Notes: a model not told the origin generated them from the sequence alone. A DNA stretch of 64,000 nt from an uncultured Chloroflexia bacterium (GCA_963776355.1 CAVZLU010000001.1:5685-69684); one strand, 5' to 3'. Shown: positions 42,045 through 54,080, counted from the stretch's first letter. Program-made: numbers and translations.

Positions 42045-43089
42045 ATGACGGCGCCGGGCACGATGCGGGCGGCCGAGCTGGCCGAACCGGGCGCGCCGTT
42101 GCGCCTCGTCACCCGCCCGATCCCGGAGCCAGGGCCGGGCGAGGCGCGCGTCCGCGTCGAGGCCTGCGGCGTCTGCGGCTCCGACGTGTTCCTCCAGCAA
42201 GGCGGCTTCGGCGACCACGTCACGTGGCCCGTCGTCCCGGGACACGAGGCCGCCGGCATCGTGGACGCCGTGGGCAGCGGGCGTGACCGCCGTCTCGCCC
42301 GGGGACCAGGTCGCCCTCTACTACATCACGGTGCCGCCGGGCGATCCGTGGGCCGCCCGCGGGCGCCCCAACATCAGCCCCTCCGTGACGCGCATGGGCG
42401 TCGATGTTGATGGCGCCTTCGCGGAGTACGTGCTGCGGCCCGTGGAGGCCCTGATCCGGCCGCCGGCGCCGGTCCCGCCGCCGGTCCTGGCCGTGCTCAC
42501 GGACGCGGTCGCGACCCCCCTCCACGGGCTCAAGCGCGTGGCGCACCTCCAGCCCGGGGAGACGCTCGTGGTGCTCGGGGTCGGCGGGCTGGGCTCCAGC
42601 GCGGTGCAGCTGGGCCGGGCATTCGGTGCCAGGGTCATCGCCGTGACGCGATCGGCGGCCAGGCTCGAGCTCGCCCGGGCGCTCGGTGCGAGCGAGACGG
42701 TCGCCGCCGGCGACGGCGACCCGGTGGCCGCCGTCAAGGCTCTCACCGGCGGCCTCGGGCCGGACGTCGTGATCCAGTGCGTTGGCTCGGCCCTCGTGGA
42801 CGAGCAGGCGATCGCGATGGGAGGGCCCGGCGGGCGGGTGGTGCTGATCGGCAGCAGCCCGGACCAGTTCCGGGCGCGCGCGGTGGACATCTTCTGGCGC
42901 GAGCTGTCGGTGCTTGGATCGCGTGGCTTCGTGCCCGACGACATCCGTGACGCGATCGACCTCTATCTCGACGGGACGCTCTCGGTGGAGCACCTCGTCG
43001 AGCACGTGCGACCTCTCGCCGAGGCGAACGACGCGCTCGAGGACCTCAAGGCCGGCCGGGGCTTCCGGACGGTGCTCACGACCCGGTAG
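42045..43089 (+). CDS. Zn-dependent (MDR) alcohol dehydrogenase (frameshift ~42,280)
   Basis: CGVCGSD, GHEAAG, DGAFAEY, GVGGLG; the structural-Zn cysteine cluster is not seen. Confidence 0.88.
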
Positions 43090-43107
43090 CACGTAGGAGA
43101 GTGGCAG

Positions 43108-44130
43108 ATGGACCCGACGCAGCGGCGGACGCTCGGGCGGACCGGCGTGGACGTGACCCAGCTGGGCTTCGGGGGCGCCTCGATCGGCGAGCTGACCCTC
43201 GTCATCGACGAGGCCGTTGCTGTCGACGCGGTCCGGGCCGCGTGGGCCCATGGCATCCGGTACTTCGACACCGCGCCGTGGTACGGCCGCGGGCTGTCCG
43301 AGCTGCGGACCGGGTCCGGGCTTCGCGGCAAGCCGCGGGACGAGTTTGTCCTCTCGACGAAGATCGGGCGCTGGCTGCGCGCCTCGCAGGGAGGCGCCGT
43401 CGACCGCGCCCCCTGGACCGGCGGCCTGGAGATGAATGTCGTCTTCGACTACTCGTACGACGGGATCATGCGGTCCTACGAGCAGAGCCAGCACCGCCTG
43501 GGCTTCCCGCGCTTCGACCTGGCGGTCATCCACGACCTCGATCACCTCTATCACGGGCGCGGTGGCAAGCTCGACTGGTACTTCGGCCAGCTGGCCGCTT
43601 CGGGCTGGCGCGCGATCGAGGAGCTGCGGGCAGCCGGCCTGATCCGGGGCATCGGCGCGGGCATCAACGACCGGGGGCTCATCCCGCGGTTCCTGGACCT
43701 GGTCGACGTGGACTACTTCCTGGTTGCGATGCCGTACACGCTCCTCCACCAGGAGGTGCTCGACGACGAGTTCCCGGCCGCTGTCGCCCGCGGCTGCGCG
43801 TTCGTCATCGGGTCGCCGTTCCAGTCCGGGATCCTGGCCACGGGGCCGAAGCCCGGCGCCAGGTACAACTACCGGGAGGCGCCGGCCGACGTGCAGGCAA
43901 AGGTGGGGCGGATCCAGGAAGTCTGCGAGCGCCACGGCGTCCCGCTGGCGGCAGCCGCCCTCCAGTTCCCGCTCGGGCACCCCGCCGTGGCCTCGGTCAT
44001 CCCGGGTGCGTCGAGCCCGGCCCAGCAGGAGCGCAACGTCGCGACCTTCTCCCACTCCATCGCCGCCGACCTCTGGGCGGAGCTCAAGCACGAAGGGCTG
44101 CTCCGAGAGGACGCCCCGGTGCCCGCATGA
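43108..44130 (+). CDS. Aldo/keto reductase (D-threo-aldose/L-fucose dehydrogenase-like)
   Basis: LGFGGA, YFDTAPWYG, LSTKIGR, FDYSYDG, IHD, AALQFPL. Confidence 0.9.
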   Translation: MDPTQRRTLGRTGVDVTQLGFGGASIGELTLVIDEAVAVDAVRAAWAHGIRYFDTAPWYGRGLSELRTGSGLRGKPRDEFVLSTKIGRWLRASQGGAVDRAPWTGGLEMNVVFDYSYDGIMRSYEQSQHRLGFPRFDLAVIHDLDHLYHGRGGKLDWYFGQLAASGWRAIEELRAAGLIRGIGAGINDRGLIPRFLDLVDVDYFLVAMPYTLLHQEVLDDEFPAAVARGCAFVIGSPFQSGILATGPKPGARYNYREAPADVQAKVGRIQEVCERHGVPLAAAALQFPLGHPAVASVIPGASSPAQQERNVATFSHSIAADLWAELKHEGLLREDAPVPA

Positions 44131-44643
44131 GCCGCGAGCGGTTGACGAGCACGCCAGCCATGGGCGACGGCGCGCCCGGCGGGTCCGAGGGCACCGCGCG
44201 CGGCGCCCTCACCGCCGCCGACCTGGTGGGCACCTGGCGGCTCCGGACCTGGACCTCCACGGGCGACGACGGCGTGATCCAGCCGATGGGCGAGCGGCCG
44301 GAAGGGGTCCTCGTCTACACGGCCGACGGGACGATGATCACGACGCACGGACGGGCGGGCCGCCCGCCGATCGACGGCGTCGACATGCACGGCGGTCCGG
44401 AGCGCCAGCGGCTGGAGGCGATGGCGACGTTCTTCGCCTACTCAGGGACGTTCCGCGTCGACGGCGGCGACGTCCTGCACGAGGTCGCGATGAGCCTCTT
44501 CCCGAACTGGGTCGGAACAGTGCAGCGGCGCCACGTGAGATTGAGCGCAGACGGGAACGAGCTGACGCTGAGCGCGGACCCATTCGTCGTGCGCGGGCGC
44601 CTGGGCGACGCACGTGCTGACCTGGGAGCGTGTCCGCCGCTGA
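44127..44643 (+). CDS. Lipocalin-like domain protein (frameshift ~44,610)
   Basis: LVGTWRL, PMGERPEGVLVYTADG, FAYSGTF, PNWVGTVQRR, LTWER in shifted frame. Confidence 0.8.
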
Positions 44644-44694
44644 GACGGGGCGCGGCGCGACGGCCGCGACGGCCCGCGTCCGGCCGCCGGGAGG

Positions 44695-45970
44695 TCAGGC
44701 CTTCGTCTCCGGCAGCAGCACGGCGCGCACGTCGTCCGGCGACCTGACGGCATGGCGGAGGTGGACCGGCCGCCACGCGCGTGAGACGAACCCGAGGTAT
44801 GCCGGCTCGGGCGCTCCCGGCTCACGGTCGAGGTCGGGGAAGGCCCGGAACAGGGCGCGGATGGCCTCGGAGGCCTCGAGCCGGGCGAGATGGGCGCCCG
44901 CGCAATGCCGGGGGCCCACGCTGAACGCAAGGTGACTTGCCAGCCGCGGGCGACCCGGGTCGAAGCGAGCCGGCTCGGACCACCGCGCGGGGTCGCGATT
45001 GGCCGCGCCGTTGACCGCGAGGACGCGCTCACCGGCCCGGATGGAGACCCCGCCGAGCTCGAGGTCGCGCGTGGCGCGCCGCGCCCGGATGTGGACGACG
45101 GTGGTGTGGCGCAGGACCTCCTCGAGGAACGGGTCCAGGCGGGCCGGCTCCGCCACGACGGCCGCCCGCTCGTCGCGATCGAGCATCAACAGCCGGTGGA
45201 CCGCCGTGCAGATGAGCAGCGACGTCGTCTCCGACCCACCCTCGAAGAGGAACCGCGCGTTGTCGAGGACGTCCTCCTCGCCCCAGTCCGGCGCGACCTC
45301 GCGCCCGATCGACCACAGGGCCGAGATGGTGTCCTCCCGAGGGTCGTCGCGCCGTGCGCGGACGACGTCCAGCAGCGCCGGCCTGAGCGCGCGCGTCGCC
45401 GCGACGGCCGCCTCGCGGACGGCCGGATCCTCGCCGAACGTGTGGCGCCATGCCAGCACGGCCTCGAGCCAGGCCTTGGCCTCGCGCATGCGTTGCTTCG
45501 TCGCGGGCCTCCAGCCCGAGCAGGCCGGCGATGACGGAGATCGGCACGATCGAGGCGACGTCACCGAAGAGCTCCAGCGTCGGGCGCCCCGCCAGGCCCT
45601 CGAGCCGCGCGGCCAGCAGGGGGCGCACCAGCGACCGCCCGTACGGGGCGATCGGCGCTGGCCGCCAGGCGTGCGAGAGCCCCCGATGGAGCACGTCGTG
45701 CTGGGGTCCGACAAGCGACCGCAGGTCGCGCCGGCCGGCGATCTCCGCCGCCCCGGGAAGGGTCCCGGTCGGCTCCGCGAAGAGCTGCTCGTTGCGCAGG
45801 ACGAAGGCGCATTCCTCGTGGGCCAGGACCAGCCAGGCATCCATCCCGTCATCCCAGAGGATGCTTCCGGCCGCCCGCATCTGCTCGTACGCCGGGTACG
45901 GGTCGACATCCCGCAGGTCGCGCAGCGAGACGGGCGCGCGCGGGCGTTCGACGGCGATCTGGCCAGTCAC
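44695..45970 (-). CDS. Cytochrome P450 (frameshift ~45,500)
   Basis: DPYPAYEQMR, GGSETT, EEVLR (ExxR), ANRDP, HLAFSVGPRHCAG heme-Cys motif. Confidence 0.92.
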
Positions 45971-47400
45971 ACGATCACGGCTTCGATCCCGAGGTGCCGC
46001 GCCACCTCCGCCACGTCGTCCGCGATGTCGCCCGGCGTCGCGGACGAATGGTGGTTGACGCCGGCGCTCGCCCAGCGTACCCACGCCGTCTCGACCGGGC
46101 CGTCGCGAAACTGGAACGCGCCGTTGACGGTCCCGGTCTCGGGGAAGCGACGCGCGGTCAATGCGCCGCGGGCGGCCACGAAGCGGAACCCGCCGCGCGC
46201 CGCGGGGTGCGGCGTGAAGGCGACGAGGGTCGCCGGTCCCGCCGCCGGCTCCAGGACGGCGCATACGCCGCAATGCGGGTCCTTGCCGCAGAACCACCCG
46301 TTGCGCCGGAGGCGCGGCCGCTCTCCCGGGGCCAGCCATGCCAGGTCGTGCTCCCCGCTGTTGGCGATGACGACCTCCCCGGTCGCGTAGTCGATCGCCT
46401 CGATCTCGTGATAGACGGCGGCTCCGCCGAGCCGCTTCGTCGCGAGCATCGCGACGGCGGTGAGCACGTCGCCCGTGCACGTCCAGGGCACGCCGGCAGT
46501 CGTGGACCGCCCCAGCGCCCAGCACGGCGCGATCCCGATCGGCTCGCCGAAGCGGAACTGGGGCACGTGGCAGTTGAACGCTCCCGCGTCGAGGCGGTGG
46601 TCCGCGACGAGGTCCTCGACGGCGAGCGCCGCACGCAGCGATCGCTCCAGGCTTTCGTCGCGATCGACGTCCTCCTCGAACACCCAGTCCGCTCGCACGT
46701 CTGCGTCGAGCGCCCGCACCCGGCCGGCCTCCACCGCAAGGTAGCGCTCGACCAGCTCGTCCGGCTCGATCCGGACAATGTCGATCCCGGTGGCGGCACG
46801 CAGCTCGTCGTCGTCCACGTCGACGTGGAGGTACCCGTCGACGGGCACGCCCACGCGGCCCAGCCGGGCCCGCGAGATGCGCCGGGCCACGGCCGCCAGG
46901 CGCAGCGCGCGTCGGACACGGGCGACCGTGGTCGAGTCGGTCAGCCTGCCGAGCGCCATCTCGAACGGCCGGCCCCGCCGGCCGAGGATGTTCGAGAGCA
47001 TCGGCGCCCCGACGGTCGCCCCCTGGGAGGTGATCCCGCCGTGGTCGAAACCGCCCTCGACGAGGCCCGACTCGTGGAGCGCCCAGATCACGACCGGAAC
47101 GCCGGGCAGGGCGTCGAGGAGCGCCAGGGTGAAGGCCGACGGCACCGCCATCGTCTGGAGGACCAGCACGACCTCGACATCCGGCCGCGGCGAACGCGGG
47201 CGCCAGCGCAGCGGCCTCGACCGCGGAGGCGAAGTCGCCGACGCCGACGGGCTCGAAGGCATCCTCGAGCGACGAGGCAACGCGGCGCGCGAGGCGCGAG
47301 CCGGTCGGCCCGGATCGTGGGGCCGGCCGTGTGCTCCCAGAGCGTCCAGTACGGGTGGACGACGCCGATCCGGGGTCGAGCCTCGCGGCTCGGCGACAGT
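45967..47400 (-). CDS. L-fucose/L-arabinose isomerase-like protein (frameshifts near the 5' end; start approximate)
   Basis: PVVIWAL, NCH, CTGD, NSGEHD, GVNHHSS. Confidence 0.7.
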   Translation of the reverse strand, partial: TVAEPRGSTPDRRRPPVLDALGAHGRPHDPGRPARASRAALPRRSRMPSSPSASATSPPRSRPLRWRPRSPRPDVEVVLVLQTMAVPSAFTLALLDALPGVPVVIWALHESGLVEGGFDHGGITSQGATVGAPMLSNILGRRGRPFEMALGRLTDSTTVARVRRALRLAAVARRISRARLGRVGVPVDGYLHVDVDDDELRAATGIDIVRIEPDELVERYLAVEAGRVRALDADVRADWVFEEDVDRDESLERSLRAALAVEDLVADHRLDAGAFNCHVPQFRFGEPIGIAPCWALGRSTTAGVPWTCTGDVLTAVAMLATKRLGGAAVYHEIEAIDYATGEVVIANSGEHDLAWLAPGERPRLRRNGWFCGKDPHCGVCAVLEPAAGPATLVAFTPHPAARGGFRFVAARGALTARRFPETGTVNGAFQFRDGPVETAWVRWASAGVNHHSSATPGDIADDVAEVARHLGIEAVIV

Positions 47401-47433
47401 CCCCGAGCGGGACCTGACGGAGGCGGGACGGCG

Positions 47434-48082
47434 TCAGTCGTTGTGGTAGACCTCGTCGGCCGTGAAGAGGTCTGCCGCTCGGGTCGGTGATCGTCGTGAT
47501 GATCCCGGTGAACGCCTCGCCCCAGCGCCGGTTGACGTCCGTCGCGCCGATGCGTCCGAAGACCGTCGCCATGTCCGGGTAGAACTCGCCGTAGTAGACC
47601 ACGTGGGGGCCGCGCCGGAACCCGCCGTAGTTGCGGAAGCCGGAGGCGACGATCGCGTCGATCATCTCGGGCCAGGGGTTCGCGTGGAGCCCGTCGTAGT
47701 CGGCGGCCCGCTCCGGGTCGATGACGAGGCTGAAGCAACCGCGGGTCATCGGGCCGTCGAGATCCGGGCCGTCGGCGTGGAAGACCTCGTCGTAGCGCAG
47801 CATGTTCCCGTCGGCGTCCGCGATCTCCGCGATGACGTCGCGGAAGTAGTGGTTCCAGCGCGTGTTGGCCGGCTTCGGGCCGTGGACGCCGAAGGCCGTG
47901 GCCACGTCGGGGTGGCACTCGCCGTAGTACCAGACGTCGGTCCCGCGCCGGAACCCGGTGAAGTTGCGGATGCCCGACTCCTGGATCTCGGCGACGAGCT
48001 CCGGCCAGATCTCCGCGTGCCGCTTGTCGTACTCCGCCTCGGTGCCGGGGAAGATGCGGATGTACATCAGGATGCGTTCCAT
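47434..48082 (-). CDS. L-rhamnose mutarotase-like protein with two tandem domains
   Basis: EYDKRHAEIWPEL...GIRNF and DYDGLHANPWPEM...GFRNY; ends EVYHND after a frameshift. Confidence 0.85.
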
Positions 48083-48146
48083 CGAAGCCTCCCATGGACG
48101 GATGCGGCGCTCGGCGGGGTGGTCGGGTAGATCGTACCAGCGCGGC

Positions 48147-48160
48147 TGCAATCGGTACCA
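48147..48160. promoter_or_regulatory. Candidate LacI-family operator
   Basis: TGCAATCGGTACCA in the divergent mutarotase/ABC promoter region. Confidence 0.6.
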
Positions 48161-48347
48161 GCCTGTCGCGTGACGCGGCCCGGCCGCGCTCGCAATGGCT
48201 CCGTAGATGCTCGGACCGGCGCCCCGCTCGCCATGCCGGCGAGCGCGATCGGACCACGACGCCCCTCCGCGCGTGTCATCCTTTCGTCGCGCGGCGCGGT
48301 GTCTCCACGAGGCCCGCCCGAGCGTCACCCGCTGAGGTGCTCCAGGG

Positions 48348-49893
48348 ATGAACGATCCCACGACCGATTCCCGCGCCGACGTCGCGATCCTCGAGGTCGA
48401 GCACGTCACGATGGAGTTCCCCGGGATCCGGGCCCTCGACGACGTCCATTTCGACGTGCGCCGGGGCGAGGTGCACGCCCTGGTGGGAGAGAACGGGGCC
48501 GGCAAGTCCACGCTGCTCAAGGTGCTCGGGGGTGTCTACACGCCCACCCGCGGGCGCCTCCGGCTCGCCGGGCAGGAGTACGTACCCGTCAGCCCCAGCG
48601 ACGCCATCGCGGCCGGCATCGCGGTCATCTACCAGGAGTTCACGCTCTTCCCCGATCTCACCGTGGCGGAGAACGTGTACATCGGCCGCGAGCCGATCTC
48701 CCGGCTGTCGCGGGGCATCCGGTACGGTGAGATCCGGGCGAGATGCCGCGAGCTCTTCCTGATGCTCGGGGTAGACATCGATCCGGACGCCCGCGTGGCA
48801 GACATCGGCGTGGCCGCCCAGCAGCTCGTGGAGATTGCCCGGGCGCTCTCCACGGAGGGCCGCGTCATCGTCATGGACGAGCCCACGGCGGCCCTCAACA
48901 GCACCGAGGTCACGCGCCTGATGGATGTCGTCCGGCGGCTCCGTGACGAGGGCCGGGCGGTCATCTACGTGAGCCATCACCTCGAGGAGGTCTTCGAGGT
49001 GGCCAACCGGGCCACCGTGCTGCGCGATGGCCGCAACGTCGCGACCCTGGAGATCGCGGGCACGACGGAGGCGGAGCTGGTGCGCCTGATGGTCGGCCGC
49101 GACGTCGAGTCCGTGGCGCACCGCGACCAGGTCGCAGAAGGGCGAGGTCGTGCTGCGACTCGCCGGCCTCTCCGCCGGCGCGATGCTGCAGGGCGTGGAC
49201 CTGGAGGTCCGGCGAGGCGAGATCGTCGGGATCGGCGGCGTGGCGGGCGCGGGGCAATCGGAGCTCACGCAGGCCATCCTCGGCGCCCTGCCCATCCGGG
49301 CGGGATCGATGGAGCTCGGGGGCGCGCGCTTCGCGCCGGCCACCCCGGGGGAGGCCCTCGACGCGGGCGTCGGCTTCCTCCACGAGGATCGGAAGCGGGC
49401 CGGGATCCTGCCCGACCTGTCGGTCCAGCAGAACCTGAGCGTGTCCGTGCTGAAGCGGGTCCGGAACGGGCTCCTCCGCCTGCTGTCGATGCACTCGGAG
49501 CGCGAGCTCGCGGACGGCTACATGACGTCGCTGCGGGTGAAGGCGAGGGGGCCCGACCAGTCGATCAGCGAGCTGTCCGGCGGCAACCAGCAGAAGGTCA
49601 TGCTCGGGCGAGCCCTCGCGCCGGGCGGCCGGCTGCTGCTCCTCAACGAGCCCACCCGGGGCGTGGACGTGGGGGCGCGCGCGGAGATCCACCAGCTCCT
49701 GAACCGTCTCACCGCCGATGGGGCGGCGCTCCTCATGGTGAGCAGCGACCTGCCGGAGCTGATCGGCATGAGCGACCGGGTCGTCGTCCTCTCCCAGGGC
49801 CGCGTCGTGGGCCGGCTCTCCGGCGACGCGCTCACCGACGAGAACGTCATCGCCTGTGCGACGACGGGCATGCGGATCGGCGTGCCCGCGTGA
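48348..49893 (+). CDS. Sugar ABC transporter ATPase, RbsA-like (frameshift ~49,140)
   Basis: [36 protein letters not shown]. Confidence 0.93.
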
Positions 49894-50894
49894 ACACGCT
49901 CGATGTCCGGCCGGCCATCAACATGACCACGGGCCGGATGGTCGCCGAGCGCCTCCGCCGGGGGCTGGGCGCGGTCCCGCTCGCTCTGCCGCTGCTCGTC
50001 CTCGTCATCGTGCTGGCCATCGCCTCGCCCGCGTTCCTGACCCCCACCAACCTGGAGAACCTGCTGGTCCAGTCGAGCATCGTGGCCATCCCCAGCCTGG
50101 CGATGATGATGTGCCTGGTGATGGGCGAGTTCGACCTTTCCGTGGGCTCCGTCGTGGCGTTCGCGGGTGCCATCACCTGCACGCTCATCCTGAGCGGCGT
50201 CCCGACGCTGCTGGCGATGGGCGCGGGCCTGGCCGCGGGCGCGGGCGTGGGCCTCTTCAACGGCCTCGTCGTGACGCGCCTCAAGGTCACGCCCTTCATC
50301 GCCACGATGGCCACGCTCGTCATCGTGCGGGGTCTCACGCTCGTCTACACGAACGGTCACGACGTCATCGTGGCCGACCCAACCCTCAAGCTCCTCGTCG
50401 GCGCCCGGCCGCTGGGCATCCCGATGCCGATCGTCCTCGCCGCGATCGCGGCGGTGCTCGCGTGGTGGACGCTCAATCGCGTGCGCTTCGGCCGCTGGGT
50501 CAGCGCGATCGGCAGCAACCGTGATGCGGCTGGGGTCACCGGCCTCCCGGTGGATCGCACGCGGGTCCTGGTCTACATCCTCGTGGGGTCTGCCGCCGCC
50601 CTGTGGGGCCTGTTCATCAGTGCGCAGCTGCAGAAGGGCTCCGGCCTGCTGGGCATCGGCTTCGAGCTGACCGCGATCACCGTGGTCATCCTCGGCGGGA
50701 CGAGCCTCAAGGGCGGTCGGGGGACGGTGGCGGGCACGATCCTGGGCGCAATCATGCTCGAGACCATCCGCAACGGCCTGAACCTGCTCAACGTCCCGGT
50801 GGCCTACCAGCGCATCAGCGTGGGCATCGTCCTGGTGGCCGCACTCGCCGTCATCGGCCTGCGGGAGCGGTACGTCCAGGGAGGTCGGTCATGA
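49890..50894 (+). CDS. Sugar ABC permease, RbsC-like
   Basis: [37 protein letters not shown]. Confidence 0.9.
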   Translation: MNTLDVRPAINMTTGRMVAERLRRGLGAVPLALPLLVLVIVLAIASPAFLTPTNLENLLVQSSIVAIPSLAMMMCLVMGEFDLSVGSVVAFAGAITCTLILSGVPTLLAMGAGLAAGAGVGLFNGLVVTRLKVTPFIATMATLVIVRGLTLVYTNGHDVIVADPTLKLLVGARPLGIPMPIVLAAIAAVLAWWTLNRVRFGRWVSAIGSNRDAAGVTGLPVDRTRVLVYILVGSAAALWGLFISAQLQKGSGLLGIGFELTAITVVILGGTSLKGGRGTVAGTILGAIMLETIRNGLNLLNVPVAYQRISVGIVLVAALAVIGLRERYVQGGRS

Positions 50895-51949
50895 GCCGGA
50901 TCGACATACCGGCCGCGCCGGCGGAGAAGCCCGCGGGGTCGCGGTCGCGAAGGCTGAGCAAGCTATGGGAGCAGTGGGGCATCGCGCTCGTGCTGCTCGC
51001 CCTCGCCCTCGTCGCCGCCGTCATCGACCCGTCGTTCGTCAGCGTCTCCAACATCCAGTCGATCATGCGCGAGAGTGCCTACGTCGGCATCGTCGCGGCC
51101 GGCATGACGATGGTCATCATGAACGGCACCTTCGACCTCTCGGTCGGTGGGCAGCTGGCGCTCGTCAGCTCCATCGCGCTCATGGGGTACGCCGCGGGCG
51201 GCACGGCGGTTGCCATCGTGGCGGCATTGATGGCGGGCCTCGGCTGCGGGCTCGTCAACGGGCTCATCATCACGCGCCTGCTCGTCACGCCGTTCGTCGC
51301 GACGCTGAGCACCCTGTTCCTCTTCCGGGGCATCACGTACGTGCTCACCCAGGACGGGCCCAAGACGCTTCCCTACGTGGAGGCGAATTCGCTGTTCGTG
51401 CAGATCGGCAGCGCCAGCGTGGCGGGCATCCCCGTTCCGTTCATCATCATGCTGGCCGTGTTCGGCGCAGCGTGGGTGATCCTCCGCAGGACGATCATCG
51501 GCCGCCAGGTCATCGCCTTCGGCTCGTCACCGGAGGCAGCCCGCTTCTGCGGCATCTCGGGAGCCCGGCTGCGGCTCTTCCTGTTCGCCCTCGTGGGCTT
51601 CTGCGTGGGCATCGCCTCGCTCACATTCGTCACGCGCGTGTGGACGGCCGATGGCGGCATCGAGGACGGCTTCGAGCTCAAGGTCATCGCGGCCGTCGTG
51701 CTCGGCGGCACCAGTCTCAGGGGCGGCCGAGGCACGCTCCTGGGGACCTTCGCCGCCGTCCTCCTGGTGGTCGGCCTGAACGACTTCCTGGTCAGCCAGC
51801 ACGTCCCGGCGAGCTATCAGCGCATCGTGCTGGGCACCGTGCTCATCACCGCGCTCGCCATCGACGGCCTGCGGACGGGCTACGCGCGCCCCGCCAACTG
51901 GCGCCTGATGCGCCGACGACGCCGACCGGAGACCGTGCCCATGACCTAG
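50891..51949 (+). CDS. Sugar ABC permease, RbsC-like
   Basis: [35 protein letters not shown]. Confidence 0.9.
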   Translation: MSRIDIPAAPAEKPAGSRSRRLSKLWEQWGIALVLLALALVAAVIDPSFVSVSNIQSIMRESAYVGIVAAGMTMVIMNGTFDLSVGGQLALVSSIALMGYAAGGTAVAIVAALMAGLGCGLVNGLIITRLLVTPFVATLSTLFLFRGITYVLTQDGPKTLPYVEANSLFVQIGSASVAGIPVPFIIMLAVFGAAWVILRRTIIGRQVIAFGSSPEAARFCGISGARLRLFLFALVGFCVGIASLTFVTRVWTADGGIEDGFELKVIAAVVLGGTSLRGGRGTLLGTFAAVLLVVGLNDFLVSQHVPASYQRIVLGTVLITALAIDGLRTGYARPANWRLMRRRRRPETVPMT

Positions 51950-52042
51950 CGGAACACCTGAAGAGTCGGACCGCGGCCCCGGCAGCGGACGCCGGCCGCG
52001 CGCGCGGCCGATCGCCGGGCGAACGAGTAGGAGAGACGATCA

Positions 52043-53092
52043 ATGAAGTTACACAGCCGCTCTCTGCTGGCGGCAATGAGCGTGACGGCGGTCATTGTTG
52101 CAGCGTGTTCGGGAGGCGCCACCCAGTCTCCTGCTGCACCCGCATCCCAGCCACCCCCCGCATCCCAGGCACCCGCGTCCCAGGCCCCCGCCGCGTCGGG
52201 GTCGCCGGCCGCGGCCGCGCCGTGCAAGGTCGGGTTCTCTGTCTGGGACATGCAGTACGAGTTCTTCCAGGCCATGGAGAAGGGCACTCGTGAGGCTGCC
52301 GAGAAGGCGGGCTGCACGTTCGTGCTTCATGACGAGAAGTCGGACGTCAACGAGATGGTCACCGGGGCGACCAAGCTCCTCGACGAGGTGAACGTCCTGA
52401 TCATCAGCCCCTTCAAGCCGGACGCGCTCGGGCCCATCGTGACAGCCGCCAAGGCCAAGGGCATCCCCGTGATCGTCGACGACATCGGAGGGGGCGGCAC
52501 GCCCTACGACGCGATCGTGATCTCCGACAATGCCGGCGGCGGCAAGCTGGCCGCGGAGTTCATGGATGCCCAGATCAAGACCCATTCGGGTGCCACCAAG
52601 AAGGTCGTGTCCATCGGCTGTCCGCCCGACGCGGTCTACGCGGCTCGCCGCAACGAGGCCTTCGAGGCGCGGATCAAGGAGCTGGGTTACACCGTCGTCA
52701 CCGACCTGTCCGGCAACTCCGTCGCCGAGCAGGGCTACACGGTGATGAAGGACGCCCTCGCCAAGGATCCGGACGTCGCTGGCGTCTTCTCCTGCAACGA
52801 CCCGATGGTCGGCGGCGCGTCGAACGCCATCAAGGACGCCGGCAAGGACCCGGTGAAGGACATCGTGACCGTCGGCTTCAACGCAGACCCGGAGGCCATC
52901 ACCCTCATCCAGAACGGCGGCCTGTCGGCGACCGTCGCCCAGGACCCGCACGGCATGGGTGTCCTGACCGTCGATCTCGCCCAGAAGGTCCTCGCCGGCC
53001 AGCCGATCGAGTTCGGCAACGTCGAGCAGCGCGAGGTCTACATGCCGGTGAAGCTCGTCACCATCGACAACGTGAAGGACTACGTGAAGTAG
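52043..53092 (+). CDS. Sugar ABC substrate-binding lipoprotein, RbsB-like
   Basis: Lipobox VAAC, Ala/Pro/Ser linker, ISDNAGGG, CND, VGFN, TVAQDP. Confidence 0.92.
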   Translation: MKLHSRSLLAAMSVTAVIVAACSGGATQSPAAPASQPPPASQAPASQAPAASGSPAAAAPCKVGFSVWDMQYEFFQAMEKGTREAAEKAGCTFVLHDEKSDVNEMVTGATKLLDEVNVLIISPFKPDALGPIVTAAKAKGIPVIVDDIGGGGTPYDAIVISDNAGGGKLAAEFMDAQIKTHSGATKKVVSIGCPPDAVYAARRNEAFEARIKELGYTVVTDLSGNSVAEQGYTVMKDALAKDPDVAGVFSCNDPMVGGASNAIKDAGKDPVKDIVTVGFNADPEAITLIQNGGLSATVAQDPHGMGVLTVDLAQKVLAGQPIEFGNVEQREVYMPVKLVTIDNVKDYVK

Positions 53093-53131
53093 CTCCGGTC
53101 GACGACCGCGCCTGGCCCGCCAGGCACCACG

Positions 53132-53164
53132 AGCCGGCGGCTCACGACGTGCGAGCCGCCGGCT
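53132..53164. terminator. Hairpin between convergent genes
   Basis: AGCCGGCGGCTC ... GAGCCGCCGGCT 12-bp stem. Confidence 0.6.
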
Positions 53165-53247
53165 TTCGCTGACTGCCGAACCGCCGCAACCGCATCGTTC
53201 GTGCTGGCCACCGTCGCACGCAGCCCGACGACCAGCCAGGCGAATCG

Positions 53248-54080
53248 TCAGAAGGCAAGGCTCGCGCTGACGCCAATGAGCACGAGTGCCGCAGCCGCGA
53301 GGATCCGGACCGGCGGCCGCCGGCGCGCTCGCCACGATTCCCAGGCGAGGACGAGCAACGGTGTCGTGGCCAGGCACGTCTGGACGACGGCCGGGCTGCC
53401 CTGCTGGGCGGCGAGGATCAGCAGCACGAAGTAGGCGGTGACGATGAGCGCCCGCCTGAACAGCCGTGGCGCGGCCCGGAGCGGGATGTCCCGCGGCGGG
53501 AGCAGGGCGACGAACAGGATCGCCGCGATCGACGTCCGCACGACATACGTCTCGACGACCCCGACGCCCTCGTCGCCGAGCATCCGGGTGACCACCGTCA
53601 GCAGCCCGGTCCCGCACGCGGCCGCCAGCACCCGGAGCCACGTCCCGCGCCGATCGAGGCCGGCGAAGGCGCCCGTCAGCGCGGCCAGGACCGCGACCGT
53701 GACGAGGACTGCCGCGACCGCCTGGACCGGCGTCGAACGAGCCGGGGAGGAGGAGCGCCGCGCCGATCGTGGCAGGGATCGGGCTGAGGGCCGTCGCGAT
53801 GGTGGTCGAGGACGCGGCCCCGGCGTCCAGGAGGTCCCACACCGCGAGCGCGGTGATCGCCATGAGGCCAACCGAGACCAGGTGCAGCTCGACGATCGTC
53901 GGGCTCCAGCGCCAGTCCGCGAACGGCGCGAGCGGCAGGAGCAGCAGCGCATTGCACACGTAGAGGGGGCCGATGAGCTGGCGGGCCGGCAGGTTCGCCG
54001 TGAGGCCCTTGCTGGCGATCGCCTGGCCCGCGTTCGCCACGGCCGCGAGGACTGCGAGCAGGGCCGGGAAGCTCAGGTTG
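53248..54080 (-). CDS. EamA/DMT-like membrane protein (frameshift ~53,730; start approximate)
   Basis: About 10 hydrophobic segments in two repeats across ORFs 52049-54040 and 53248-53952. Confidence 0.6.

Noticed and set aside
52125-52220. PASQ/PAAS repeats in the SBP, as a possible array
   Set aside because: Ordinary low-complexity lipoprotein linker; no spacers and no cas genes. No CRISPR array, tRNA or rRNA was recognised anywhere in the window.
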